A stretch of DNA of 64,000 nt, taken from assembly GCF_964194025.1 (NCBI RefSeq), contig NC_134473.1, forward strand, positions 65,782,001 to 65,846,000, written 5' to 3'. The notes under the pieces are model-generated. The model saw nothing but the letters and a program-made list of their open reading frames with translations, was not told the DNA's origin and ran no database searches. This DNA is from Convolutriloba macropyga. Its lineage: Eukaryota. Of this stretch, positions 1 through 14,090 are shown in pieces. Within the stretch, counting starts at the first letter, position 1. Every line of letters starts with the position of its first letter. A program made the translations under genes and the position numbers.

Positions 1-2370
1 TTTCAGGACTTGTCCTTCGATCTTTTTGTTATTCGTCGTCTCCATTGATGATTCTTACGACCTGACTTCTTGGAATTGACTTTTTCAATGACTTCAGTGA
101 CTTCTACTGCTTTGCAGTTAAAATTTGTGTGCGTGACGTCATTTCTGCTTTTATGTCAATTGCGTGAATTACCTCGCTAAAAAATAACTTCTGAACTCAT
201 TTATGGAACTTCAAATTTTATTAACATTTATTAGTTGCAATAGTGTGCATCTAAGTAGTGCCAAACTTATATGGCCAAATATTTGAGTATTAGTCTAGAG
301 TTTTTGATTAAGAATATCAGTTTTGAATATCTTTCAGTAGCTGTTGCGTTCTGTGACTTTTTTTCTAAGTGTTTTCAAAAGGTCAGCGATTTCTCTGCGA
401 TTTTTGGTTATTTTTGTCTTATCATTTAATTTTAGAGAGAGGACTCATCGACATTTAATGTAAGGTAGCTAATGAGAAATAGAGAAATATAATTGGCTGG
501 TTGTGTTCATAGCAGTTGTTTTTTGATGTTGATCCTGTCTTCTCAAAAAATAGAAGTTTTTTAGACTTGCTGGTTTTTTTTGTTCTTGTGTTGTTTGGTG
601 TCCAGCCTGAAGGGCCAGAAAACCTTTTCCACGGTCTGATAAAAAGTTACTGCATGGATGTTAGTGTCAATGGAATTGTTTTCAACAATGTAACGTTTGG
701 AATTTGAAAAATTTTTTGATAAAATATGCAATTTTTGCAAGTTTCTGCAAACCATTCATCTTTTCAGTTTTTCTTCCCTCAGTATCCAGGTAACCTCATC
801 CAGGGTTTGATGCTATGTTAATACTTGGTTGCTAGGGGCGGTGGAATGGTTGTCAACGTTTTAACAGAAAAACTTTTTTTTAAAATTTGAAACTTTTTCT
901 GAAAATTATTTTCTTACATAGTTTATCGATCTTTGAGGCAAGGATTTCTTTTAGGCTTGGATATACTCGAAATCCTCTAGAGGCAAGAAATGGTTCTGAA
1001 GATATTAATATCACGATTTTCAGCAAGATTTCATGAAAACTTGCAATGGATTTCAATTTAAAAAAAAAATTCTGTCATTTTCTGAGTTTATCGACCTTCA
1101 AGGGCCAATGATTTTTTTTCAGGTCTTGCAGATTAATTCTGGGCTTATTTCAGAGACAAAAATTGGTTTTAAACATAATTTTGAAAAATGTATATTTAAA
1201 AGCATTAGATTTTGCTTTCGGGGTAAAAAGCTTCAAAAGCTTCAGCAGTGAGAATTTTGTTGTTTAGTTTGTATGAATGTTTTCGTTTCTCAACTTTTTA
1301 AGTTGATTTTGTATTTTTTGGCTGGAATTAATAAATTGATCTGCTGCTGAGCTAAAGTACTTCTAAGGTCTTCATTCAATTCTTTGGATTTTATTTCCGG
1401 ACTTGTTCTTCGATCTTTTTGTTATTCGTCGTCTCCATCGATTATTCTTACGACCTGACTTGGAATTGACTTTTTCAATGACTTCTACTGCTTTGCAGTT
1501 AAAATTTGTTTGCATGACGTCATTGCTGCTTTTAGGTGAATTTCGTGACTTACCTCATTAAAATAATATCTTCTGAACTCACTTATGGAACTTAAAATTT
1601 TATGAACATTTATTAGTTGCAATAGTGTGCACCCCAGTAATGCCAATTTTATATGTCCTAATTCTTGATTTTGAGCCTTGAGTTTTTGATTTGAAATATC
1701 AATTTTGAAAAAGCTCTTTTAGGGCTTTTTCCTTATAGACCGTATGTGTCATAAAATTGACTGTCCGAATCTAACCCAAAAAGTCTAGTGGTCTATTAAA
1801 GAACTGGTGGTGATCTGTCTAATTATTTCTTTAGTTATTTCAATTCATGGAAGGCCACAAGCGTCTATCGCGGCTGTTTTCCGGCAATCTGCCGGCTAAT
1901 AACGTTATAAGGTTGTGAAATTTTGTTCTAGATGATACGTGATCGTATTCTACGAGATACGCAATTGGATACTCTATTTAATAAGATTCAAATTAATTTT
2001 CATAACATCTTTGAGTCAATAGTATTACTGCTATAATTGATACGCCATATTTGAGTTTGCATTACCTTCATTTTTTTTATCAGTTTGTAGTATAGCATAT
2101 CAGGATTTTTTCCTATTGTGCCCCGAGCTTTAGTGGGTGAATATTATTTGCACCCCCCCCCCCCCGACGCACGTGCCATATTTTTACATAATTATTTACT
2201 ATGTAATGGGATGTGCTCTGTAACTGAGCATAACGTACTATAGAGGGAGGGGGAACAAACAGAAAATATCCACATATCATCCATTAATGTGTCGAAATGT
2301 CAACATTCGGGATTATTTTTTAATTGCTGGCTTTGATTCATTGTTGTAACATCCTTCTGTGTAATTTTAG

Positions 2371-2692
2371 GAGCTGCGTCACGTCAACTGATGCCAAGAC
2401 AATGTATTTTCCTGATGTTGGAAAATGCTGCCACGCTTCTCATTTCGCAATCAAGCCTTATTATCCAGCAATACGACACAATTGCTTCAGCTCCCAGGAG
2501 TTCATCCACAGCTGCTGGGAACATGGACAACACAAAACTGAGTGGGAGAGCTGAACCTTTTCAGAAATTGTCTAGTGTTGCTACTTCGCCCAATAAATCC
2601 TCTCTATCATTATTTGGCCAGCAGCCGTTTGGTCGAGTGGCTTTACTTGGAAATATATCAGCGGCTAGGATTGACGACGTCTCAATGATAGG
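2371..2692 (+). CDS. NUP188: NUP188-like nucleoporin, penultimate coding exon
   Basis: ttttag|GA acceptor and GG|gtatga donor. Encodes CIFLMLENAATLLISQ, resembling the recalled NUP188 C-terminal MENCFYLLISQ. Ends in phase 2 and joins the next exon in frame. Confidence 0.7.
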
Positions 2693-3330
2693 GTATGATT
2701 AGTGATTAATTGCTCTGGAACGAAGTTTGAAGAATTAATTGTAAACGTGTGTGTCTGCAAAGTTTTCGCTTGACCATTTTCTTCAAGATTATTCTTCGAT
2801 TTACTTCTTGAGTGATGTTTTTAATTCTGATCTCATGGTATTTTGCTTGATTTTAATTAATTGTTTTTATTGAAAATTTAAATCTGTTGTAAAAATATAA
2901 TCGATTGTAAGCAAGGGTGTTATAAAAGACTGATAGCCAGGTGGTAATTGCTTGAGTCTATGGCGCTTGTTTTTGATGTATCAAGACGATGGTAGAAGTA
3001 TTTTTTGTGAAGTTTGCACCGCAATGCTATGCGAGGATGAGCTCGATTTTTTAAAATTTGGAATAGATTCATTATCAAAAGTGATATTCAAGTCTTGAGT
3101 ACGCTACATTTAAATTCGAAATTGGACTGGACACGACTTTTTTGAAATTGGACTGGACAAGAATTTGACAATGTTCATTTGCATCATATTTGAAAAATCT
3201 TTCAATTCTTGGCTTTGACAATGAGAAACAATCGATCTACATGGACTGCCGTAGCTCATCGTCTGGTTTGAAAATCACTGTCTAGTCAGTTCTAATTAGC
3301 AGTATTTTGGGAAGTTTGTTTGTTTTTCAG

Positions 3331-3697
3331 GCAAGCATCAATCAACAAATCAATAACCGTGGAGAGCGTAAGTGGTATGGCCGGTGGTGGTGGTAAACAA
3401 GCTTTCATTCGAGACGTCTCAAGCGAATTGGAAACATTCATAACTTCAATTAGCCGATACTTTCATAGAACGGGAATATCAATTGCGCCTCTTAATTCGA
3501 CATTTTCTCACCAATCTGCAACGTCCAACCTGTCAAGTCTGAACGACTCTCAACAAGGATCTCTCTCGTCCAAATTTGAAACTCCGACGGTGACGTCATG
3601 TAGAACGGGAAATTGGAGTAATAATGTGGAACTGACTGTCTATTATATAATTGACATGTTTCTCAATCGATGTCTGAAAAACACAACCTCTGCTTGA
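3331..3697 (+). CDS. NUP188: NUP188-like nucleoporin, terminal coding exon
   Basis: tttttcag|G acceptor in matching phase. KQAFIRDVSSELETFITSISRYFHRTG resembles the recalled NUP188 KQRMKQELSSELSTLLSSLSRYFRRG. TGA stop ends at 3697. Confidence 0.72.
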
Positions 3698-4353
3698 TTT
3701 TTTGCGATTGATTTGAAGTGTAATAATTGATGTTTTTTTTCAGTGAGATGATTTGATTGTAACTTGTATTTTTCGTTTTCAACATAGTTCATGTTCTACT
3801 GCTTCCGTTTTTAAACTTCCGTTTGTTTCGAGTCGAAAATATGAAAGATGATAAATACTTATCTCGAGGTTTGTGATGATTGATGGTGTCCAATAATAGT
3901 TTTTAATTCATTGCAGCTTTCAAAAAAACATTGGTTTAGCTGATATTTACTGCATCTCTGACATCAGAAATTGGTCAAAACAATTAAAAACCAATAAATG
4001 AGTCGAGAGATAATCGTTGTGAACATTAATATTAAAAAAATTCCCTAATGATTCCCGAAATTTGGATATAAAACACCCAATGAGATGGATATCGTCTGTG
4101 TTTTGTTGCAACATTTCATCCCACCCAATGAGAGATCGAATTTTTATGATAACAATTATATAAATACCCGAGAATTTAGAAAGCTCGTGAATATGAGAGG
4201 GAGGAGATGAGTTGCGAATGATTTTCTGTTATACTTTTGGCACTAATAGACATTAAATTGTAAGTGGCCTTTATTCGATGTTTGAAAAAAAACAAGGCTG
4301 TTATCAACTTCCATATTGAATGAAATAACTTCTTAATTGTTCTTCAGATTGAA

Positions 4354-4626
4354 ATGAGCTCCCAGGAGACGAAGAAAACAGCAACATCAGTTGAGGTTTC
4401 CGCAAAACCCACTGCGGCCGCGTCCTCCAAAGTGACCATAGTTGATAGGCTAAAGTGGCCTGCGTTCTACACCGCATGGCTTGGAGGCTACTACCACTTG
4501 TTAATGTCAATTCACCACCAGAAACACAAATGGGGAACCCCTTGGGGTAGAACTGGTATCGCCATGGCAACCATTTTCACTCTGGGAGCTGTGAAGAATT
4601 TCGTTTCACCCCCAAAGAAGGATTAG
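4354..4626 (+). CDS. Small 90-aa membrane protein, possibly ATP synthase subunit k/DAPIT-like
   Basis: ATG just after a ttcttcag acceptor (putative 5'UTR intron from gtaagt at 4260), TATAAATA near 4158 and AATAAA at 4661. C-terminal TPWGRTGIAMATIFTLGAV followed by a basic tail resembles the DAPIT T-x-x-G-R...A-T motif. Confidence 0.5.
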   Translation: MSSQETKKTATSVEVSAKPTAAASSKVTIVDRLKWPAFYTAWLGGYYHLLMSIHHQKHKWGTPWGRTGIAMATIFTLGAVKNFVSPPKKD

Positions 4627-6675
4627 CTGGATACTATTAGCCGATATGATTAACAAACGTAATAAAAATTGAGCATCCGAAGCACATGACCATAAAATTG
4701 TATCACTAGAATCAAATATTTGACTATGGACACCTCAGAAACTAAAGGAGTGTAAAATGTTAACAAACTGATGAAAAAGTTGCGAATAACTGAAGAATTG
4801 AGTTTGATGAACTGGTTTTCACCTTAAATTGATGCTCTTTAGGGATTTGAGACTTTATCTGTACTACTGTAGACCTCCTATTTCTAACTCAGAATTAAAA
4901 TGTATTCAACTATTTCTGTTTTCAACAAGTAGGTACGCTTTAAATTGTTCTCTTGACCCTGAAACTGGTTTTCTACGTTTGTGACTAAGTTAGTTGATAT
5001 TCTGCTGTTTATGGCTTGAATATTTGGCTGTTTCGTGAACAGCTCAAATTATTGTACAAGAAAAGCACGGATAGATAGCGAGGCCAATAGAGATTATCAA
5101 TTTTTGTGTTCGTTATGAATTAAGAAAACAGTTTATAATTTTTCAAACCAGTTCAATTCAATTAATGTGAGTCAAATGTCAAATGTCCATAAGTAGTCAA
5201 GTTTGCGGAAAGCTTGTAATCAACTGAAGAGTTTCTGAAAATGCTAGAATTGGAAGTCAGTTGAAATTTCACATGCATTATTCTAAAAATAATTTTTCAG
5301 ACTGAATGGAAGGCGGTGAAAACATAAGCATTCCTGGTATGTCCAATAATAGTTCTGTTTAGATCGCTTCTAACTGATGTAACCTAGTTTGTTTAGAAAC
5401 TACTGTCTTTACATTACTGTTTTCAGTTTTCTATTAATTTTTAGAAAGCTTCAGAGGTGTTAACAATTCTATTTGTGGATAATACTCAATAGTCGCTGCA
5501 TTAAATCAGCTGGCTATTATTGCAGTCCTATTTTCAATTTATTACCACTCGACGAGTTTTGGTGGTGGCGTCTTTTCTATGAATCGAAAAAAATGCTGCA
5601 CGTGCGAAAATTTATATTCCTTAGACTACTGAACAAATTTGAAGAGGAGTCAAAGGTGGTTTCCTAGGGAGCAAGAAATTGGCGCAGAAAATTTTTCTCT
5701 AAGGAGCAAATTTTTTTTATACCTATGTGGCCTTTTCAATTTTTATAATTCTTTAAAAGTTTCAAAGTTTTTGATAAATTTTAACAAGTTTTAAGCTTTT
5801 TGGAAGATGTTTTTGTTGATATTCATGCCATTGTAGCAATTTTCACTCAGTTTCGTCTTATTGGATTTATTGGGAACTGAATAGATGCCTCGCCTAAGGG
5901 GCATTCTGGATTATTATTGGATAGCTGTTTTTCCGAGAAACATAACAAAAAATTGAGAAAAATGTAATGTTTCTGTTGATTTTTCAGCTTATCATCTGCA
6001 TCAACCTTAGAGAAGTATCGGAACTTGTAAAGCTGCGCATTGTATTGCAATTTAAATTTCTCAATTGCACGAAAGAACGGGTAACTTTATTTTATGTGTC
6101 TGTTTTATCTGAAAAATTAATAGATTTTTTTCAATGTTTCAAATTTTTTTGTAATATTTTACCTCAGTGGGCTTTTTGTTTGCTCTTTTTTATGAATAAT
6201 AAATGATAGTTATATCATGGGCTGCATGTTTGGTGCAGACGACTCTTCGAGTTGTTTCCGGTTGTTTTACTCAGACAAAAAAAAGTTTGTTTCACTTGTA
6301 CCTATGTCTATTTTGACTGCTCTAGGTTAGGTGCTCCGCAAGGCAATTCAAAATGAACGGGGTCAATATTAAACGAGGAAACGAGAAAATCTAGTGTTAG
6401 GTGACTGCTACTTGAACTTATAATTAGTCTGTTACCATGTCTAATGCCTTGTTATTAATAAGAATTAATCTATCGCCTTTTGAGGAAGAACTGATACGCC
6501 TTATTATCAAATCCAGTCAAGGTAGATTTTATAGTTCGTTTTAAGGAAATGCGTGTTATTTCACTTGTTTCAGTTCCAAGTGAGATTATATGAATCAATC
6601 ACGTCTATTTTCAAAGTTGCAAGAATTATCAGCCTATTTAATCCAAAAATTTTGGAGAAATTTCATCTTAATTGG

Positions 6676-9360
6676 TTAATAGCCGCACAGCGATAGCTGG
6701 GGCTATTATTGGCCTTCTCTTGGTTTTATACAATTCAAAGAATTTGAATTGTATTGGGGTGCTGTCTTTTTTAAAGATCTGTTGAAACATTTTCATGATT
6801 TTTGAAGTCAAATTGGAGTGGTGATTTTGGTCACGCCGAAACAGGAAATGGAGCGAAAAAGCGAGTGGTTTCGCGGCGTGAATTTTTTTCGCTCTAATTT
6901 TAAAGTAGAGTGAGAAAACGGTGTTTGAACAAAAATTCGGTTTCTCGGTAGTGGTTTTTTGTTCACATGCGTCAATTTCACTCTGATGTTTACTGTTTTT
7001 TCGATTTTTGGATCGGATTTTTTTTCTAAATAGTTTTCCCAATCCATTCACAGCTCATTCTGGACCTAGTTTTTGTTAGAATCAAAATAACATATCTCAC
7101 TGGTGGTTTTTTATTCTCCCTAGCAGCATTTTGACATTGATTTTCTGTTTTTTTTTGTTTTTTTATCTGATTTTTTTAGAAATGGTTTTCCCAATTCACT
7201 CATTGTCCGTTCTAGGTCTAGTTGTTTGTTAAGTCAATGAAAATTCTTTGAATTGTACGTCAGGACTTGTCCTGCTATGTTTTTTTATTTCGTCGTCATG
7301 ATTTTTGTTACGACCATATGACGTCACAGCCACTTTTTGTTCATTCGTTCATGCAGTTTCAACTGAATTGCATGTGTGACGTCATTTTTCGCTCTTAGTG
7401 GAGCGAGTTTTTTTGTTCGTTTGCGTGATTAAATTTTTGGTCACACTTGACTTACCTCATTCTCAAAAATGACTTCCTCACTTTGAAATTGACTTTTATT
7501 TACTTTAATTCAAAGAGTTAAGGTTTAAATGGGTGTGTGTCACTCTAATTGAAGGTTATTTGAGAGCAGCTAATAGAGGCAGCCAAAATTTATACTGATT
7601 TTCAATCAAAATGTAACAGATCAGCCTTCAATGAAAAGACGAATTTTTTTGGTCTGTCTTTTTTACTGTTTTTTAGACTGCCGGTCTACGAACCTATTGC
7701 GGCTAATTTCTGGCAATCTGCCAGCTATGTTTTTTGTTTTGTTTTCATCTGATTTTTTTAGAAATGGTTTTCCCAATTCACTCATTGTCCGTTCTAGGTC
7801 TAGTTGTTTGTTCAGTCAATGAAAATTCTTTTAATTGTACGTCAGGACTTGTCCTGCTATGTTTTTTTAAGATCTGTTCACACATCTTCATGATTTTTGA
7901 AGTCAAATTGGAGTGGTGATTTTGGTCACGCCGAAACAGGAAATGGAGCGAAAATGCGAATGGTTTTTTTGGCGTGAATTCTTTCGCTCTAATTTTAAAG
8001 TATAGTGAGAAAACGGTGTTTGAACAAAAATTCGGTTTCTCGGTAGTGGTTTTTTGTTTACATGCGGCAATTTCAATCTGTTTTTTACTGTTTTTCGATT
8101 TTTTGGATCGGATTTTTTTCTAAATAGCTTTCCCAATCCATTCACAGCTCATTCTGGACCTAGTTTTTTGTTAGAATCAAAATTACATATCTCACTAGTG
8201 GTTTTTTGTTCTCCCTAGCAGCATTTTGACATTGATTTTCTGTTTTTTTTTTGTTTTTTTTTCATCTGATTTTTTTTTAGAAATGGTTTTCCCAATTCAC
8301 TCATTGTCCGTTCTAGGTCTAGTTGTTTGTTTAGTCAATGAAAATTCTTTGAATTGTACGTCAGGACTTGTCCTGCTATGTTTTTTTAAGATCTGTTCAC
8401 ACATTTTCATGATTTTTGAAGTCAAATTGGAGTGGTGATTTTGGTCACGCCGAAACAGGAAATGGAGCGAAAATGCGAGTGGTTTTGCGGCGTGAACTTT
8501 TTCGCTCTAATTTTAAAGTAGAGTGAGAAAACGGTGTTTGAACAAAAATTCGGTTTCTCGGTAGTGGTTTTTTGTTCACATGCGGCAATTTCAATCTAAT
8601 TTTTACTGTTTTTTCGATTTTTTGGATAGAATTTTCTAAATAGCTTTCCCAATCCATTCACAGCTCATTCTGGACCTAGTTTTTTGTTAGAATCAAAATT
8701 ACATATCTCACTAGTGGTTTTTTGTTCTCCCTAGCAGCATTTTGACATTGACTTTCTGTTTTTTTAATTTTTTCATCTGATTTTTTTAGGAATGGTTTTC
8801 CCAATTCACTCATTGTCAGTTCTTGGTCTAGTTTTTTGTTAAGTCAATGAAAATTCTTTGAATTGTACGTCAGGACTTGTTCTGCTATGTTTTTTTATTT
8901 CGTCGTGGCGATTTTTGTTACGACCATATGACGTCACAACCACTTCAAATCTGCTTCTTGTTCATTCGTTCATGCAATTTCAACTGAAGTGCGTGTGTGA
9001 CGTCATTTTTCGCTCTCAATGGAGCTATCTTTTTTTGTTCATTCGCGTGATTAAATTTTCGGTCACACTTGACTTACCTCACTCTCAAAAATGACTACCT
9101 CACTTTGAGGTTGACTTTTATTTACTTCAATTCAAAGAGATATGGTCAAATGGGTGTGTGTCACTCTAAATGAAGGTTATTTGAGAGCAGCTAATAGAGA
9201 CAGCAAAAACGTATGCAGATTTTTAATCAAAATAACATATCAGCCTTCAATGAAAAGACGAATTTTTTTGGTCTGTCGTTTTTACTATTTTTTTGAGACT
9301 GCAGATCTACGAAGCTATTGCGGCTATTTTCTGGCAATCTGCCAGCTATGTTTTTTCTTT
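6676..9360 (+). repeat. Complex tandem array of ~0.5-kb blocks derived from a HINE-like element
   Basis: Block 'gaagtcaaattggagtggtgattttggtcacgccgaaacagg' recurs at ~6804, 7899 and 8418. A second block recurs at ~7290-7740 and 8900-9360 and ends in the ggca-atc-tgcc hairpin. Confidence 0.8.
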
Positions 9361-12300
9361 TGTAATTGAGTCCTTGATTTTTCGTTTGACGGTTTTTTCT
9401 AAAAGCGGGCTCTGAGCTTAATTCCGAGCTTTCGCAATTTGGCTGGCTGCAGTTTAGAAAAATGAATTGAAATCGATCGGTCGCTTCATTTCTTCTGACT
9501 TTGGAAAAGTCAAAAATAAAGGGACTAAATAATTATCAATTTGAAATACTTTCGTGGCCTATTATAAATTGTGTCACATTGTGAAGTTTTTTTCTAGCCC
9601 TTTTGATACATTTTAGTCTCCCTTACCCGGTCAGATAAGTTGAACAACCTAAAGCCAATTGAGTTTTGTTTAACTGATGCTTGGCTGTGGTGATTTACCC
9701 TTTAAAAATTTCTTATAGATCTGCACGACCGATATGTTGATTTTTTTTTGTAACAGAGCTCCATAAGCGGTAGTTTTGTACTTTATTTATGAAATATTTT
9801 TTATTGGAGTTGAGTCCTTGATTTTCCGTTTGATGCCTTTTCTTCAAGCGGACTTTGAGTTTATTTCCATGCGCTTGCAAATTGACTGTAGTTACGAAAA
9901 TTTGTTTGAAGTTTATCGGTCGCTTTATTTCTGACTTCGGAAAAGTCTAAAATAAAGGGGCTGATGAATTTTCAATTTGAATTTCTTACGTGGCCCACAA
10001 TAAAAGTTTTTCTAGCCCTTTTGATACAATTTAGTCTTCCTTATCCAGCCGTTAAATAGAACAATCAAAATTCATTCAAATTTAAATCAATTAATGGTTG
10101 GCTGTGGTAATTTACACTAAAAAATTTTCTTTTAAATCTGCACTAGGGATCGCATGTTTTTCTTGTAAAAGAGCTCCAAAACTGGTAGATTTGTAAAGTT
10201 ATTAATATTGGTGCCTTGATTGTTCATGCCAGCTGGAACTGAATTGAATTCTAGTCGTTTATTGATTTTTATATTGATTTTTTCAGAGCGTAGCGATATT
10301 TTGAGCTGGATTACATTGATTTATATTTTTTTTAAAGATTGCCAAATGAAGGATTAAAGTCGCTATTTTTCACGATTTTACTTTTGAAAGTCAACAAAAA
10401 GTCGCAAACAAAATGGAACCAACTAACTGCTTGTCAAATTGTAAGTTTTTGTAAGATTTTGTTAAGTCTCAGTTCTTTAACTAGAAAGATTAGAGTTAGA
10501 GTCCTAGTTTATGGAGTGTGTTTATTAATTATTTCTTTGTGAATTTTTTACAGTACTAATGAGGCTCTGATACGCCTAATTATCAAATTTGTCAAAAAGA
10601 CAAGTAGTTTTGATAGACTGTTTTAAGGAAATGCGTATTATTTCAATTTTTTGTTGTTTTAATTCCAAGCGGGTTTATAAGAATCATTCGTGGCTATTCT
10701 CAGACTTGCAAGAATTATCAGCCTCATAAGAACAAAAATCTTGGAGATTTTTAATTGATGTTTTTTATTGTGGTTGAGTCCTTGTTTTTTTGTTTGACGG
10801 CTTTTTCTAACAGCGGACTTCGAGTTTAATTCCGAGCGTTTGCATTTCGCTTGCAGTTAAAGAAAATGAATTGAAGTTAATCGGTCGCTTTATTTCTGAC
10901 TTCGGAATATTCTAAAATAAAGGGAATGATCAATTTTCAATTTCAATTGTTTTTGTGGCCCATTTTAATATAAGTCACATTGCTGTGAAGTTTTTTCTAG
11001 CATTTTTGATACAGTTTAGTGTTACTTACGCGGACCGTTATATAGAACAATCAAAAGCCATTTAAATTTAATTCAACTAATGTTTGGCTGTGGCATTTTA
11101 CAATTAAAAAATTCCTTAAATCTGCACTACGGATCGGTTGTTTTTTTGTAAACAGCTCCAAAACTGGTAGATTTGTAAAGTTATCAATATTTGTGCCCTG
11201 ATTGTTCATGCCAGCTAAAACTGAATTGACTTTTAGTCGTATATTGATTTTTATGATATTGTATAATAGCTTAGTGAGATACTGAGCTGGATTATATTCA
11301 TTTAAACGTTTTTTAAGATCGCCAAACGAAGGTTTAAAGTCGCTAATTTTCACGATTTTACTTTTGAAAGTCAACAAAAAGTCCCATACAAAATGGAACC
11401 AACTAACCCTCCGATTGAACGCGTGCACGCCAATTGACAGACACACTCTTTGTGAATGGCGTACACTTCTTATGAGCCATTAGACCAATATAAGGCTTAC
11501 AACTACACTGTTCATCAAATTGCAAGTTCTTGAAAGATTTTGTTAAGTCTCAGTTCATTAACTAGAAAGAGTAGATTTTGAATCCTAGGTGATGGAGTGT
11601 GTTTTTATTAATTATTTGTCTTTTTCGTGAATTTTTTGCAGTACTAATGAGACACTGATAGGCCTAATTATCAAATCCAGTCTTGATAGACTGTTTTAAG
11701 GAAATGCGTTTTATTTCAATTTTTTGTTTCAATTCCAAACGAGGTTATAAGAATCATTCGTGCCTATTCTCAAACTGGCAAGAATTCCAAAATTCTTGGA
11801 GAAATTTTATCTTAATTGATATTTTTTTATTGTAGTTGAGTCCTTGTTTTTTTGTTTGACTCTTTCTAACAGCGGACTTTGAGTTTAATTCCGAGCTTTT
11901 GCATTTTGCTTGCAGTCAAGAAAAATGAATTGAAGTTAATCGGTCGCTTGTTTTCTAGCTTCGGAAAAGTCCAAAATAAAGGGAATGATCAATTATCATT
12001 TTGAATTGTTTTTGTGGCCCATTTTAAATTGTCACATTGCTGTGAAATTTTTTCTTGCCTTTTTGATACAATTTAGTCTCCCTCACCCGGTCCGTTTAGT
12101 AGAACAATCCAAAGCCAATTGAGTTCGTTTTAACTGATGCCTGGCTGTGGTGATTTACCCTTTAAAAATTTCTTATAGATCTGCACGACCGATATGTTGA
12201 TTTTTTTGTAACAGAGCTCCATAAGTGGTAGTTTTGTAATTTATAAAATATTTTTTATTGGAGTTGAGTCCTTAATTTTCCGTTTGATGCCTTTTCTTCA

Positions 12301-14090
12301 AGCGGACTTTGAGCTTATTTCCATGCGCTTGCAAATTGACTGTAGTTACGAAAATTTGTTTGAAGTTTATCGGTCGCTTTATTTCTGACTTCGGAAAAGT
12401 CTAAAATAAAGGGGCTGATGAGTTTTCAATTTGAATTTCTTACGTGGCCCATAAAAAAGTTTTTCTAGCCCTTTTGATACAATTTCGTCTTCCTTATCCG
12501 GTCCGTTAAATAGAATAATCAAAAGCCTATTAAATTTTATCCAACTGATGGTTGGATGTGGTAATTTACCCTGAAAACTATTCTTTTAAATCTGCAGGAC
12601 GGATCTGTAGTTTTTTTTGTAAAAGAGCTCCAAAACTGGTAGATTTGTAAAGTTATAAATATTTGTGCCCTGATTGTTCATGCCAGCTAAAACTGAATTG
12701 ACTTTTAGTCGTATATTGATTTCTATGATATTGTATAATAGCTTAGTGAGATACTGAGCTGGATTATATTGATTTAAACGTTTTTTAAGATCGCCAAACG
12801 AAGGTTTAAAGTAGCTAATTTTCACGATTTTACTTTTGAAAGTCAACAAAAAGTCCCATACAAAATGGAACCAACTAACCCTCCGATTTAACGCGTGCAC
12901 GCCAATTAACAAACACACTCTTTGTGAATGACGTACACTTCTTATGTACCATTAGATCAATATAAGGCTGACAACTACACTGTTCATTAAATTGCAAGTT
13001 CTTGTAAGATTTTGTTAAGTCTCAGTTCATTAAATAGAAAGAGTAGAGTTTGAATCCTAGGTGTTGGAGTGTGTTTATTATTTTTTTGTCTTTTTTTGAA
13101 TGAATTTCTTTCAACACTTATGAGGAACTGATACGCCTAATTATTTAATCCAGTCAAAAGGACAAGTAGTTTTGATAGTTTGTTCTAAGAAAGTGTTCTT
13201 TAATTTTTTTGTTTTAATTCCAAGCGGGGTTATAAGAATCATTCGTGGCTATTCTCAAACTTGCAAGAATTATCAGCCTCATAAGTACGAAAATCTTAGA
13301 GAAATTTTATCTTCATTGATATTTTTTATTGTAGTTGAGTCCTTGTTTTTTTTTTGTTTGACGGCTTTTTCTAACAGAGGACTTTGAGTTTAATTCCGAG
13401 CGTTTGCATTTTTGTTGCAGTTAAGAAAATTGAATTGAAGTTGATCGGTCGCTTTATTTCTGACTTTGGAAAAGTCAAAATCAAAGGGACTGATAAATTT
13501 TCACTTTGAATTACTTTCGTGGCCTATTATAAATTGTGTCACATTGTGAAGTTTTTTTCTAGCTTTTTTGATACATTTTAGTCTCCCTTACCCGGTCAGA
13601 TAAGTTGAACAACCTAAAGCCAATTGAGTTTTGTTTAACTGATGCTTGGCTGTTGTGATTTACCCTAAAAAATTTTCTTTTAGATCTGCACGACCGATTT
13701 GTTGCTTTTTTCTTGTAAAAGAGCTCTAAACTGGTAGATTTGTAAAGTTATTAATATTGGTGCCCTCATTGTTTATACTAGCTGGAATGGAACTGAGTTT
13801 TAGTCGTTCTTTGAGTTTTAAAATTTTTGTATAATAGCGGTGTAAAACTTGTAAAGCTGGATTATATTGAGCTATATTTTTTTAAGATTGCCAAACGAAG
13901 GTTCAATATTGCTTATCTAATTTTCACAATTTTACTTTTTGAATGTCAACAAAAAAGTCCCCAGCAAAGTGGTCCCAACTAACCCTCCGATTAAAGGCAT
14001 TCACGCCAATTAACAAACAGTCCTTGTGAATGGCGTACAATTATATGCGATTAATAGACTAATATGAGGCTGACAACTACACTTGTCGTC
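9361..14090. repeat. Diverged nested tandem repeats (satellite-like, 0.45-1.5 kb units)
   Basis: 'gagtccttg...tttgac/tttgat' anchors at ~9368, 9812, 10776, 11838, 12266 and 13337. The same spurious ORF recurs at 11051-11446 and 12586-12918. Confidence 0.8.

Noticed and set aside
5617-6080. Two possible small exons (LLNKFEEESK; LIICINLREVSELVKLRIVLQFKFLNCTKER)
   Set aside because: Splice-like signals exist, but I found no recognisable homology and no in-phase link to the other exons.
6668-13387. Recurrent 60-130 aa ORFs
   Set aside because: Products of tandem repeats with inconsistent frames between copies and no recognisable domain.
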